Shown one piece after another: positions 48,150 through 58,179 of a stretch of 64,000 nucleotides of DNA. A program made the position numbers and the translations under genes. Numbering within the stretch: the stretch's first letter is position 1; the number at the start of each line of letters is the position of its first letter. Source of the stretch: Treponemataceae bacterium (GTDB lineage: Bacteria; Spirochaetota; Spirochaetia; Treponematales; Rectinemataceae); the NCBI GenBank assembly GCA_963667725.2, contig CAXXHO010000003.1:2240001-2304000 (forward strand), given 5' to 3'. The notes below the pieces were generated by a model. The model made no database searches and had not been told where the DNA came from. It worked only from the letters and a program-made list of their open reading frames with translations.

Positions 48150-49538
48150 TCATATCGTATAGAAGCGCTGGGGCTCCATGCCTCGCGCGAGCCTGCCGAG
48201 GTAGAGAGCCAGTTCGAGGAGATGATAGTCGCCCCACATGCAGGATTCGCCGCGCGGTATGCCGTCTGCTCCCGGCTCGGCGTCCCAGCGGTTCGGGTAA
48301 TGGTAGACCGCGTTCAGGAGAAGGCCTTCGTGTTCGGCCTTCATGCTCAGGTAAGGCTCAGCCATAAGCGTCCGCGCCGTTTTGCCGCCCGCCCGCAGGT
48401 ATCTGTCAGCCGATGGGTCGCCCTCCGCCTCGAGGAATCTTCCGAGCCGCAGCAGTCCCTGCGCGGCGATCGCGGCGGCCGAGGAGTCCACGGGTTCGAA
48501 GGGATTGTCAGGCGCCGCGGGCTTGTCCAGCCAGTTTCCCAGCTTCCATAGATTGGGCGCTCCCGTGTCCCAGTAGGGTATGCCGTCGGGAGGCGTGTTT
48601 TCAATGTAGAAATCGCTCGTTACTCGCGCCACCTGCTTGAAGCGTTCAAGGGCCGCTTTTTTCGTGGGAAAGTAGAGAAGGTCGAGGGCGGTGAACTCGG
48701 ATTCCGGGAGGGATGCCAGGTATTCCAATTCTTCGGCGAAGCCGAGGATTATCCAGGCTAGGCCTCTCGTCCAGGTGGTGAAGGGCGAATAGCCCTGCTG
48801 GCTGGCGGGGCAGCGGTAGGAACGGCTTTCCACGTTGAAGATCGATTCATGGGCTACCCTTCCGGCCACGTCCCAGCGGTCGCGGCCCTCGCCGAAGTAG
48901 ACATTGTAGCGGGCCGTCGTCTCCGCGTGCCGCAGGAGCCGCGCGAGGAGGCTCACCTTTTTGTCCTGCTCGCCCATGAGAACCTGGCCGAGACTGTGCG
49001 CCACGGCGAGCACGCGCAGCGAGCGTATGGTGTCGGCGAAGAGGGAGTGGGCGCCATTGAAGGAATAGATGAAGCCGAGGTCGGGGAAGTGAGTCCATCG
49101 CGATGCCTGGACGGCACCCGAAACCTTGAGGGACAAGCGGTAGAATTCGGCTTCCCACTCGTTTCTCTCGATCCGTCCTTCGGCCATCATGCGAAGCAGG
49201 TTTCCGTAAGTAGAAATGTTGTTGAAGCCATGGTCGTGGACTCCGAAGTGGGAGACATGGCGTGCCATGGCGTTTACCGTGTTTCGGCGGCCATAATCCA
49301 GGAACCAGGGGTCTCCCGAAGCCTCGAAAATCAGGAGGGCGTTGCCGAACTGGAAGCCCTGCGTCCATTCGGTCCAGCCGCGCTGCGTGTAGCGCCCGCC
49401 AATCGTGAAAACCGGCGAACCTGATTCGCCTTCCCAATGGGTAGCGAGAAGCTTCGTCTTGCCCGCGGCCAGGGAAAAAACCTTGCCGACCGGTCCGGCG
49501 AAGGACGCCCAGTCCGTCGTTTCGTGCAGATCGATCAT
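48150..49538 (-). CDS. GH88-like (alpha/alpha)6 glycoside hydrolase
   Basis: WTQGF, HDHGF, WTRGLAW, PYWD, DSSAAAIAA, WGDY. Confidence 0.78.
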   Translation of the reverse strand: MIDLHETTDWASFAGPVGKVFSLAAGKTKLLATHWEGESGSPVFTIGGRYTQRGWTEWTQGFQFGNALLIFEASGDPWFLDYGRRNTVNAMARHVSHFGVHDHGFNNISTYGNLLRMMAEGRIERNEWEAEFYRLSLKVSGAVQASRWTHFPDLGFIYSFNGAHSLFADTIRSLRVLAVAHSLGQVLMGEQDKKVSLLARLLRHAETTARYNVYFGEGRDRWDVAGRVAHESIFNVESRSYRCPASQQGYSPFTTWTRGLAWIILGFAEELEYLASLPESEFTALDLLYFPTKKAALERFKQVARVTSDFYIENTPPDGIPYWDTGAPNLWKLGNWLDKPAAPDNPFEPVDSSAAAIAAQGLLRLGRFLEAEGDPSADRYLRAGGKTARTLMAEPYLSMKAEHEGLLLNAVYHYPNRWDAEPGADGIPRGESCMWGDYHLLELALYLGRLARGMEPQRFYTI

Positions 49539-49560
49539 CGGAACCTCCTGGAAAAAGCCT

Positions 49561-50373
49561 TTAAAGCCTCGAGATTTGGAATCCGCCGTCTATATTGAAG
49601 ATATTGCCTGTCGAAAAGGCGAAATCGCCTTCGAGGAGGGATCTGACAGCCCTGCCGACGTCCTCGGGATAGCCCCAGCGTCCCTGGGGAACCACGCCCT
49701 CGGCTATCATCGCGTCGTATTTCCCTTTGACGCCCTTCGTCATGTCGGTCTCCATGATGCCGGGGCGGAGCTCGTAGACTTGGATGCCAGAACCGGCCAA
49801 CCGCGCCGCCCAGAGCTGGGCCGCCATCGAGAGGCCGGCCTTGGAGACGCAGTATTCGCCTCTGCCTATCGAGGCGGTGACGGCCGATATGGAGGTGACG
49901 AAAACGACCTTGAAGCCTTGGGGGAGGACGGACTCGGCGCCGCCTGAAAGCCAGCGTCTCGCCACCGCCTGCGTAAGGAAATACGGCCCCTGCAGGTTGG
50001 TGCGCAACACTTCCTCGAAGGATTCCTCGCTCGCGTCGATGATATCCGCCCGCACCCTCGGTCCGATGCCCGCGTTGTTCACGAGGGCGTCGAGAGCGCC
50101 GAAACGGGCGAAGACGGACTCGACAAGGTCCTTTCGCTGGGCCGAATCCGAGATGTCACAGCGAAAAATCCCGAAACGCTGGGATGATGAGAGCGCGGCT
50201 GACTCGCAGAGGGAGAGCGTCTCTTTGGCCGCCTTTTCGTTGCCTGAGTAGTGGATGGCCAGGGAAAAACCGCTTTTCGCCAGCTCGAGGGCTATACCCC
50301 GACCCAGGCCTCTGCTCGATCCGGTGACGAGGGCAGCGGGAATTTTCCCGACCGAGTTCGATAAATCCGGCAT
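49561..50373 (-). CDS. short-chain dehydrogenase/reductase
   Basis: TGSSRGLG, NNAG, YCVSK, PG, DGG. Confidence 0.93.
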   Translation of the reverse strand: MPDLSNSVGKIPAALVTGSSRGLGRGIALELAKSGFSLAIHYSGNEKAAKETLSLCESAALSSSQRFGIFRCDISDSAQRKDLVESVFARFGALDALVNNAGIGPRVRADIIDASEESFEEVLRTNLQGPYFLTQAVARRWLSGGAESVLPQGFKVVFVTSISAVTASIGRGEYCVSKAGLSMAAQLWAARLAGSGIQVYELRPGIMETDMTKGVKGKYDAMIAEGVVPQGRWGYPEDVGRAVRSLLEGDFAFSTGNIFNIDGGFQISRL

Positions 50374-50380
50374 GGAAAAC

Positions 50381-50409
50381 AGAATGGTGCGGTCATTGAA
50401 CTTTGTCAA
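50381..50409 (-). promoter_or_regulatory. sigma70 promoter of the SDR operon (leaderless geometry)
   Basis: TTGACA-17 bp-CATTCT, 7 nt before ATG 50373. Confidence 0.55.
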
Positions 50410-50480
50410 GCCGAATAGATCCGCCGAATGATCCGCATCGAGATAGAGCTCGCGCGCTTGGAAATAATACCTAAAAATTC

Positions 50481-50510
50481 TTGACATCGCTTTTAAAGCG
50501 TACCTATACT
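50481..50510 (+). promoter_or_regulatory. sigma70 promoter of tctCBA with an inverted repeat in the spacer
   Basis: TTGACA-18 bp-TATACT; CGCTTT-t-AAAGCG at 50488-50500. Confidence 0.65.
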
Positions 50511-50547
50511 GGCTTAGCTATGCGAATATCCTAAGGAGGATCATGCC

Positions 50548-51561
50548 ATGAAACAGTTTGCACGTGGCGCACTCACTATCCTGGCGCTCTTGTGCGTCGT
50601 CGCGTCGGGAGTCTCGGCGCAGGCGACCTGGAAACCTACAAAACCGATCACCGTCATCGTTCCTTGGGGGGCCGGCGGCTCCACCGACCAGGCCAGCCGC
50701 ATCGCCGCGGGTGAGCTCGAAGCCGCGCTCGGCACAAAGATCGTCATCGTCAATCAGCCCGGAGCTTCCGGCTCCGTCGGAACAAAATCCGTTCTCGACG
50801 CGCCTCGCGACGGCTACACATGGGCATCGGGCGCCGCTGCCGACCTCGCCACCTATCCGGTGTTGGGATTCCTCGACACGAATATCAGGAAAGACTGGCA
50901 TCTCTATCTCTCCGTCGCCAACGTCAGCGTCATCAGCGTCAACGCGAATACTCCCTACAAGACCTTCGACGAGCTTCTCGCGGCGATGAAAGCCAATCCC
51001 GGCAAGATCACCGTCGCCACCGCTGGCCTGAGCTCAGCTGGACATATCGCCATCGAGATGATCAAGAAGTACACCGGCATCGATTACAAGCACGTCACCT
51101 ATGACGGCGGCAACCCCGCCGTGATAGCGACCGTCTCCGGCGAGACCCAGCTAACGACCCAGCTCGCTGTCGAGCAAGCCGACATGATCCGCGGCAAGAA
51201 ACTCCGCCCCCTGGCCGTCCTATCCGACAAACCGCTCCAGCTCGACGGCTATGGAACCATCGCCCCGATCACGAAGTGGATCAAGGAATTCCAGGCCGGC
51301 CCCAACTATTTCGGTATTTTCATTCCGAACGGCGTTCCCCAGGAAGTCATCGACACGGTCAACAAAGCCTGGGAAAACACCGTCATGAAGTCCAAGAAGA
51401 TCCAGGATTACGCCAAATCCCGCGGCGCCGTGTTCGCCCCGTCCTTTGGACAGAAGGCCCAGGACAACGCGTTCGCCTATTATCAGCCCGTCGCCTGGCT
51501 CTACTACGATGCCGGCAAAGCCAAGGTTTCCCCGGACACCGTAGGCATTCCCAAACCCTAA
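50548..51561 (+). CDS. tctC: tripartite tricarboxylate transporter substrate-binding protein
   Basis: WKPTKPITVIVPWGAGGSTD, NQPGASG, YDGG. Confidence 0.9.
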   Translation: MKQFARGALTILALLCVVASGVSAQATWKPTKPITVIVPWGAGGSTDQASRIAAGELEAALGTKIVIVNQPGASGSVGTKSVLDAPRDGYTWASGAAADLATYPVLGFLDTNIRKDWHLYLSVANVSVISVNANTPYKTFDELLAAMKANPGKITVATAGLSSAGHIAIEMIKKYTGIDYKHVTYDGGNPAVIATVSGETQLTTQLAVEQADMIRGKKLRPLAVLSDKPLQLDGYGTIAPITKWIKEFQAGPNYFGIFIPNGVPQEVIDTVNKAWENTVMKSKKIQDYAKSRGAVFAPSFGQKAQDNAFAYYQPVAWLYYDAGKAKVSPDTVGIPKP

Positions 51562-51585
51562 CGCACCTTCCCTTCCGTGTTTTAA

Positions 51586-51615
51586 GGAGGTCGCCCGGAA
51601 ATCCGGGCGACCTCC
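51586..51615 (+). terminator. strong hairpin after tctC (stabiliser or attenuator)
   Basis: Perfect 14-bp stem ggaggtcgcccgga/tccgggcgacctcc. Confidence 0.7.
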
Positions 51616-51642
51616 CTTTCAATCCGATCCATGGAGAATCCG

Positions 51643-52155
51643 ATGACCGAAAAATCTATGGTCAAGGCTGACTTGATCACTTCAATCGTTCTGATCGTGT
51701 TCGGTATCGCGATCGTGGCGATTTCCCTTCAGATGCCGACGATGGCTGACAGAAACCAGAGCATCTACTCCGCGCCCGGTGTCGTTCCGGGCTTCATTGG
51801 AGTCATGCTCGTTCTCCTCAGCCTCTCAATGCTTCTCAGATCATTCAAGAGGAAGGCGCTCTCGGAATTCCGCGATGGGATCACCCCCAAAGGCGTCCTG
51901 GCCCAGGAATCCACGCGGAGAATTCTTATGACCATAGCCTTATGCGTGCTGTACGCCTTTGCTCTCGGCAAGGTATGGTTTCCCCTGGCGACATTCGCCT
52001 TCATTTTCATATTCATCGTTCTTTTCGAGTATGACAGGAAGGCGGCTTTTTCGGCGCAGACAAGAATATTGATAGTGGCCGCGATCATAGGCATCGCTAC
52101 CACAGGTCTGGTTACCCTCGTATTCCAGAAGCTCTTCCTCGTCAATCTACCCTGA
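51643..52155 (+). CDS. tctB: TTT small membrane subunit
   Basis: PGVVP, 4-5 TM segments, ends FQKLFLVNLP. Confidence 0.85.
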   Translation: MTEKSMVKADLITSIVLIVFGIAIVAISLQMPTMADRNQSIYSAPGVVPGFIGVMLVLLSLSMLLRSFKRKALSEFRDGITPKGVLAQESTRRILMTIALCVLYAFALGKVWFPLATFAFIFIFIVLFEYDRKAAFSAQTRILIVAAIIGIATTGLVTLVFQKLFLVNLP

Positions 52156-52165
52156 GGAGATTTCC

Positions 52166-53683
52166 ATGTTCCAAGGACTTGAACTTTTCGGTGGAGCCAT
52201 TGTCTCGTTCCTGAATTTCAAATCGCTCTTCAATGTGCTTTGGGCGACGGAACTGGGCATTGTCATAGGGATGCTCCCAGGCCTTACGGCCACCATGGGC
52301 GTAGCCCTGCTCACCACCCTTACCTATACGATGAACGCTAACGATGCCATCCTCATTCTCATCTGCATGTACATCGGTTCCATCTACGGAGGAAGCCGCA
52401 GCGCCATCCTCCTCAACATTCCAGGCACCCCTGCTTCGGCATCCACGACTCTCGACGGCTTCCCCCTCGCCAAGATGGGACAGGCTGGAAAGGCGATCGG
52501 AATCGCCACTACCGGCTCCTTCCTCGGCTCGGTCATCGGCATGATCGCCATGGCGATCTTCACCCCCATGATCGGCAATGTGGCTTTGAGCTTCCAGTCC
52601 TTCGAATTCGTGTGGTTCGCGATATTCGGCATCATCATCTGCGGAAATCTCACCGCTCCCAAGGACCCGCTGAAGGGATGGATCGCGGGCTTCATCGGGC
52701 TTTTCGTGGCGATGATCGGCATGGAGGGCATACACGCCTACATACGTTTCTCATTCGGAAGCAACAACCTCTCGGGCGGCATTTCGCTGATACCCGCCAT
52801 GGTGGGCGCCTTCGGTTTCGCCGAGATCATTTCGGTCATGCGCCACTCCAAGGTCGAGGTCATCAAGAACGAAATAGGGAGAATCCTGCCCAAGGCCGGC
52901 GAGATCTTTAAATACTGGAAGACGATCATCCGCTCAGGCATCGTGGGCACGATCATCGGGGCAATCCCTGGAGTGGGCGAGGATATCGCCGCCTGGGTTT
53001 CCTACGATCTGGCTAAGCGCGGCGCCAAACCCGAGGAAAAAGCGAAGTTCGGACACGGCTCCATCGAGGGGCTCATCGCCTCGGAGACCGGCAACAATGC
53101 CTGCGTCCCTGGCGCCATCATCCCCGTCCTTACCCTGGCCATACCGGGATCGGCTCCTGCGGCCGTCCTCCTGGGCGCCATGCTCATCCACGGCGTGAGG
53201 CCAGGCCCCCTTATCATGATCGAATCCCCGACCTTCGTGTACGAAGTGATCGCGATGGTCTTCTTCGCCACGATAGCCATGTTCGTCCTGGGGCTTTCCA
53301 TGGTGAGACCGATGGTGAAGATTCTCCAGGTGCCCCGGCAGAAACTGATGCCTATCGTTTTCATACTCTGCGTCGTGGGATCCTTCGCCTTGCAGTCCAG
53401 GCTCTTCGATGTCGGCGTCATGATCTTCTTCGGGGTGGTGGGCTTTATTCTGCGCGAGATGGAATATCCGATGGCGCCTCTCGTGCTGGGCATCATCCTG
53501 GGCGACATGCTGGACAAGAACCTGCGCCGTTCGCTCATTCTCTCGAACGGCAACATCGCTCCGTTCTTTACGAGACCCATCTGCCTCGGCCTCTTCCTTT
53601 TGACGATGCTCATCGTAGTGAGCCGTTCGAAAACGGTGAAGGCTCTGTTCGGAAAACTGAGGAAGAGCAAAACGGCAGCCTGA
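52166..53683 (+). CDS. tctA: TTT large membrane subunit
   Basis: GMLPGLTAT, YGGS, ILLNIPGTP, ETGNNA, RPGP. Confidence 0.93.
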   Translation: MFQGLELFGGAIVSFLNFKSLFNVLWATELGIVIGMLPGLTATMGVALLTTLTYTMNANDAILILICMYIGSIYGGSRSAILLNIPGTPASASTTLDGFPLAKMGQAGKAIGIATTGSFLGSVIGMIAMAIFTPMIGNVALSFQSFEFVWFAIFGIIICGNLTAPKDPLKGWIAGFIGLFVAMIGMEGIHAYIRFSFGSNNLSGGISLIPAMVGAFGFAEIISVMRHSKVEVIKNEIGRILPKAGEIFKYWKTIIRSGIVGTIIGAIPGVGEDIAAWVSYDLAKRGAKPEEKAKFGHGSIEGLIASETGNNACVPGAIIPVLTLAIPGSAPAAVLLGAMLIHGVRPGPLIMIESPTFVYEVIAMVFFATIAMFVLGLSMVRPMVKILQVPRQKLMPIVFILCVVGSFALQSRLFDVGVMIFFGVVGFILREMEYPMAPLVLGIILGDMLDKNLRRSLILSNGNIAPFFTRPICLGLFLLTMLIVVSRSKTVKALFGKLRKSKTAA

Positions 53684-53715
53684 CAGTTCTTTCGCGCCGG
53701 GCATTTCCAATACGT

Positions 53716-53758
53716 GAAAGAAAAGAGGCCGGTCTAAAAGATCGGCCTCTTTTCTTTC
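53716..53758. terminator. bidirectional rho-independent terminator
   Basis: gaaagaaaagaggccg...cggcctcttttctttc between convergent genes. Confidence 0.88.
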
Positions 53759-53767
53759 TGTCCTGAT

Positions 53768-54841
53768 TCAGGCCAGCCATTCCTCAAGATGCTCCTTCAC
53801 AAAATCGTCGTCTCTGAGATGGGGATAGGCTTCGCTGACACGGGCAATTTCCTCGGCCTGGCCGGGGGAGAGAACTTCCTCAGGGTTCAGGCACCATGTT
53901 CCGGCGAGAAGGCCCTGACGCCGCAGGACTTCATGAATTCCCGGAATGCAGCCGGCAAAGCGGTTGGCCGCGTCGAAGACGGCGGCGTTCGCGTCAGTCA
54001 GTTCCTGGGCGAGAGTCAGGACGTTGGGCGAAACGGCACCGCCGGAAAGCGAGAGCGCGCGCAGTGCCGCGTGCATTTCCGCGGCTTTCTTCGTCCACAG
54101 GCACCATTGGCCCAAAAGCCCGCCCACAATCCTGATTTCCTTTTCGCCCGATCCCGTGCGGATTCTATACGGCGTTATCAGATCGACGACGATATTGTCG
54201 TCGTTGCCGGTATAGAGGGCGATTTCCTTTTCCCGTCCTATGTCGCATACCGCGCGAATGACGTCGATCGTCCGGTACCTGTTGAACGGAGCCATCTTTA
54301 TCGCGAGCAGGTTGTCCAGCCGGGCGAATTCCTTCCAGAACTCGTAGGGCAGGACGCGTCCGCCGACGTCGGGCTGGAGGTAAAAGCCTATGACGGGAAT
54401 CGTCTCGGAAACGCTGCGCGCATGCTCCACGAGGGCTCCGATGGAAGCGTCTTTCATCGCGGCGAGGCTGAGGAGGCCGGCGTGGTAGCCCTGGTCCACA
54501 AGATATGCGGCTTCGTCGCAGGCTTGGGTAGTTCGGCCGCAGATGCCACCAATCTTGACGATTGGCCGGGCGCGGGCGGCTGAATGTTCGTCGATCATCC
54601 GCGAGACGGCGGCGAGCACGGGCTTGAAGAGGCCGTGGCGCGGCTCGCGGATCTCGAACTGGGTGGTATGCACGCCGACGGCGAGGCCGCCCGCGCCGGC
54701 GTCGATATAATAGCGCACAAGAGCCCGTTGGCGCTTTTCGTCGAAGCGTCGGAAGGCATCGAGCGCGAGAGGCATGGCCGGTATCACCGTGCCTTCGCGG
54801 ATGCGAGCCGGAACAAAAGCGGGCAGCTCACCAATTCTCAT
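53768..54841 (-). CDS. DapA/NanA-family aldolase-like protein
   Basis: GVHTTQFE, FYLQP, Schiff-base lysine in AIKMAPF, YTGNDD. Confidence 0.88.
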   Translation of the reverse strand: MRIGELPAFVPARIREGTVIPAMPLALDAFRRFDEKRQRALVRYYIDAGAGGLAVGVHTTQFEIREPRHGLFKPVLAAVSRMIDEHSAARARPIVKIGGICGRTTQACDEAAYLVDQGYHAGLLSLAAMKDASIGALVEHARSVSETIPVIGFYLQPDVGGRVLPYEFWKEFARLDNLLAIKMAPFNRYRTIDVIRAVCDIGREKEIALYTGNDDNIVVDLITPYRIRTGSGEKEIRIVGGLLGQWCLWTKKAAEMHAALRALSLSGGAVSPNVLTLAQELTDANAAVFDAANRFAGCIPGIHEVLRRQGLLAGTWCLNPEEVLSPGQAEEIARVSEAYPHLRDDDFVKEHLEEWLA

Positions 54842-54874
54842 AAAAAACCTCCTGGCATGCCTAGGCGAAGCGCC

Positions 54875-55909
54875 TCAGAATTTTCCGTCCATCTGCTCGA
54901 AATGCGTGGGCTTTCCGAGCGATGGACCTCCCGCGCCGATCCACTCGGCCGTCATGTCGATCATCTCGGCTAGGGAAACGCGCGGATATCCGAAAAGAGA
55001 GAATGACTTCGCCGCGTTAGAGAGATAGACGGGGTTCGCGGATGATTCGTCGTTCAGGAAAGACGGTTTTCTGCCCAACCTCCTTCCGATTTCCTCCGAC
55101 GCCCAACGTACCGATATCGTTTCGGGACCGGTGACGTTCAACGCCACTGGCGGCGCTGAACAGATATCGAGGGCGAGGAGAGCGCGTTCCAGGACATCCC
55201 CCTGCCAGATGCAGTTGAATGCTCCCGATCCGAGATCCACCAGTTCCCCCGCCGCCACTTTCCGGCCTATGTCGTGAAGGACGCCGTAGCGCAGATCGAT
55301 AGCGTAGTTGAGGCGAAAGAGGCAGAGTGGCGTGCCGTTCTTCCGCGAGAAATATTCGAAGACGCGCTCTCGTCCCAGGGCCGATTGGGCGTATTCGCCG
55401 ATGGGCGTCAGTTCGTCGCCTTCGACGCTGCCTCCCGAATCCGGCTTCCTTAATTCGTAGACGCATCCCGTGGAAAACACGACGATGCGGCTGCCTGGGT
55501 AACGCTCAGCCACGTTGGCCGGCACAATAGTGTTCATGGCCCATGTCTGGTCCTGCGCCCCGCTCGTGCCGAACTTTTTACCGGCGAGAAAAATAACGTT
55601 GCGCGATTCCGGAAGACCAGCGACGCCTTTTCTGTCGAGAAGATCGCAGGCTATGGTTTCGACGCCGGCCGCTTCGCATTTCTCCCGCGCGGCTGAATCC
55701 CCGAATCGAGAGACAGCGTACACCTTCCGCTCTTTCCCCGAAGCGCGCACGGCTCTCGCGGCCATCATCGCGAGCGTCACACCCACTTTGCCTGCCGCGC
55801 CGAGCAGCATCACGTCCCCATCGAGCCTGCCCATGAAATCGATCACTTTGTCTGAAGGCGTCGACAGATATTCGTCGAGCTCCCGCTCGTTCTTGGGTAT
55901 CTTGTTCAT
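54875..55909 (-). CDS. NAD-dependent epimerase/dehydratase
   Basis: LGAAGKVG, FSTGCVY, YAQSALGRE. Confidence 0.88.
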   Translation of the reverse strand: MNKIPKNERELDEYLSTPSDKVIDFMGRLDGDVMLLGAAGKVGVTLAMMAARAVRASGKERKVYAVSRFGDSAAREKCEAAGVETIACDLLDRKGVAGLPESRNVIFLAGKKFGTSGAQDQTWAMNTIVPANVAERYPGSRIVVFSTGCVYELRKPDSGGSVEGDELTPIGEYAQSALGRERVFEYFSRKNGTPLCLFRLNYAIDLRYGVLHDIGRKVAAGELVDLGSGAFNCIWQGDVLERALLALDICSAPPVALNVTGPETISVRWASEEIGRRLGRKPSFLNDESSANPVYLSNAAKSFSLFGYPRVSLAEMIDMTAEWIGAGGPSLGKPTHFEQMDGKF

Positions 55910-56997
55910 CTGCCGGCGCTCCTATTGGCTGCCAGAGCCTTCTCCTCAGCCTCTATCGCGATTTCAATGGCGCGGAACACCATGTTCTGGTCCATCGCCA
56001 GCGAAGTCCTGTCCATGCAGTCCCTTATGAACCTTCCGAAAAAGGGGAAACCCATCTTGCCCGCGGCGTTGAAATGGTATTCGCCTTCGTGGTTCACGAG
56101 GATGACATGGTCGCCCTCGGGATTGGCCGCCACATCGATGTATTTCCGCAGCTCCAGATAGCCATCGGTGCCCTGGATGAAGGTGCGCCCGTCACCCCAG
56201 GCCCCCAGGCCGTCGGGGGTGAACCAATGGACGCATAAATATCCCGACGCCCCATTGTCCATGACGAGGGACGCGTCGCCGAAATCCTCGAAATCGGGAT
56301 ATTCCTTGTATTTATAGGAAGTCACCCGGGAGGCGGCGACGGAAGCATCTTTCGCCCCGGTGAAGAAGAGTATCTGTTCGACCTGATGGCAGCCCAGATC
56401 CACGAGAATGCCCCCGAACTTCTTCCTGTCGAAAAACCAGGCCGGGCGCTGGGAGAGGCTGATCCTGTGCGGGCCGGTGCCGATAACCTGGATCACCTGG
56501 CCTATGGCTCCCTCGGCTATCAGTTTTTCGGCGTATACGGAGGCTTCAACATGGAGGCGCTCACTGTAATAGACTCCATATTTCCGGCCCGTTTTCGCCG
56601 CCGTTTTCCTCGCCTCTTCAATATCGGACTGCCTGGTGAAGGGAGGCTTGTCGCAGAAATAATCCTTGCCATGTTCCATCACGCGAACGCCCAGGGCTCC
56701 GCGTTCGCAGGGAATGGGCGCCGCCACCACCATTCGGATCGCCGGATCCTCCAGGATGGCGCGCTCATCGGAAACGGCGACCGCATCGGGAAACTGTTTG
56801 CGGAAGGCTGCCACTTTCGCCGGATCGGGGTCCCATACTCGCGAGACCTCGGCTCCCGCCTCGGTGAAGCCGTTGCACATTCCGTAAATGTGGCCATGGT
56901 CGAGCCCGATCACGCCCAGCTTGAATTCTCCCTTCCCGCAAACCGGCTCGGCTTTGCCCTTAGGAGCGTAGAATTGACCATCGGCTTTTTTCTGCAT
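55906..56997 (-). CDS. Gfo/Idh/MocA oxidoreductase
   Basis: GLDHGHI, DKP, GGILVDLGCH. Confidence 0.92.
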   Translation of the reverse strand: MQKKADGQFYAPKGKAEPVCGKGEFKLGVIGLDHGHIYGMCNGFTEAGAEVSRVWDPDPAKVAAFRKQFPDAVAVSDERAILEDPAIRMVVAAPIPCERGALGVRVMEHGKDYFCDKPPFTRQSDIEEARKTAAKTGRKYGVYYSERLHVEASVYAEKLIAEGAIGQVIQVIGTGPHRISLSQRPAWFFDRKKFGGILVDLGCHQVEQILFFTGAKDASVAASRVTSYKYKEYPDFEDFGDASLVMDNGASGYLCVHWFTPDGLGAWGDGRTFIQGTDGYLELRKYIDVAANPEGDHVILVNHEGEYHFNAAGKMGFPFFGRFIRDCMDRTSLAMDQNMVFRAIEIAIEAEEKALAANRSAGR

Positions 56998-57160
56998 AGT
57001 ACCTCCCGTCGCCGCGTTCCTGACGCATGTTTTTTAATTGTACAATGAATTCGCTACTTTTTGGAAAAATTTCTGCGCACCGCCGGATATCGGCCAAGGT
57101 TGACCATGGCGCCGCATGCGCGTTACTCTATCCACATACCTACAATGGAGGTCTGTACCA

Positions 57161-57691
57161 ATGAACCGTATCACCATAGCACCCAAAGATTTCATCTTCG
57201 ACCAATCGATCATATCGAAACGATGGCTTCTGCTCACCGCGGGCGAATTCGCGCCCGGAAAGTTCAATTCCATGACAATTTCCTGGGGAAGCGTCGGCGA
57301 AATTTGGAACAAACCCTTTTTCCAGGTAGTCGTGCGCCCCCAGCGTTTCACCAGAACCTTCATGGATTCGGGCAACCACTTCACGCTTTGCGTCTTCCCT
57401 GAAAGCTGCAAAGCCGCCCTTTCCCTTCTCGGTTCCAAATCCGGCCGCGACGGGGATAAAATCGGCGAATCGGGCCTCACGCCGATAGCATCGACGATCG
57501 CCCCCGCCCCTGGATACGAAGAGGCCGAGCTCATCGTCGAATGCAGGAAGATGTACTGGCAGGATATCGATCCCTCCCATTTCCTCGATTCCGGCATCAT
57601 GGCGAACTACCCGAAGCAGGACTTCCACCGCGCTTATTTCGGTGAAGTGGTGGCCATAAGCGGTACCGACAAGTACCGCCGCAAGGCATGA
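57161..57691 (+). CDS. flavin reductase-like protein
   Basis: NSMTISWG, VRPQRFT, GSKSGRDGDK, YFGEV. Confidence 0.88.
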   Translation: MNRITIAPKDFIFDQSIISKRWLLLTAGEFAPGKFNSMTISWGSVGEIWNKPFFQVVVRPQRFTRTFMDSGNHFTLCVFPESCKAALSLLGSKSGRDGDKIGESGLTPIASTIAPAPGYEEAELIVECRKMYWQDIDPSHFLDSGIMANYPKQDFHRAYFGEVVAISGTDKYRRKA

Positions 57692-58179
57692 GAACCCTCA
57701 TCACGGGCGGCGTCAAATCGGGCAAATCCAGTTACGCCTTGATATTGGCAGAGGCTTTCATGGAGCCCAGATTTTTCCTCGCCACCGCCGAAGCCTTCGA
57801 TGACGAAATGAAAGCTAAAATCGCCCATCACAAAGCCGAGCGGCGGGAGTGTTTCGTGACGATCGAGGAGCCGCTGGATATCCACGCCAGGCTTCGCGAC
57901 AACATGATCCTCGACTGCATTCCGCTCTGGCTCAACAATATGTTCCATTACGGCAGGGAAGACGCGATAGATGCGACGATCGACGCCCTCATTGAAGGGC
58001 TGCCCGCGAATATCGTGATCGTGACGAACGAGGTGGGCATGGGCTTCGTGCCGGCCGACTCGCTCTCGCGCCGCTACGGCAATACGATAGGCAGGGTGAA
58101 CGCCCGACTGGCTTCGGCCTGCGATCAGGTCATCCTCATGGTTTCAGGCATCCCCCTCGCGGTCAAAAAACCGCGATGA
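57688..58179 (+). CDS. cobU: adenosylcobinamide kinase/phosphate guanylyltransferase
   Basis: ITGGVKSGKS, TIEEP, LDC, VTNEVGMG. Confidence 0.94.
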   Translation: MRTLITGGVKSGKSSYALILAEAFMEPRFFLATAEAFDDEMKAKIAHHKAERRECFVTIEEPLDIHARLRDNMILDCIPLWLNNMFHYGREDAIDATIDALIEGLPANIVIVTNEVGMGFVPADSLSRRYGNTIGRVNARLASACDQVILMVSGIPLAVKKPR

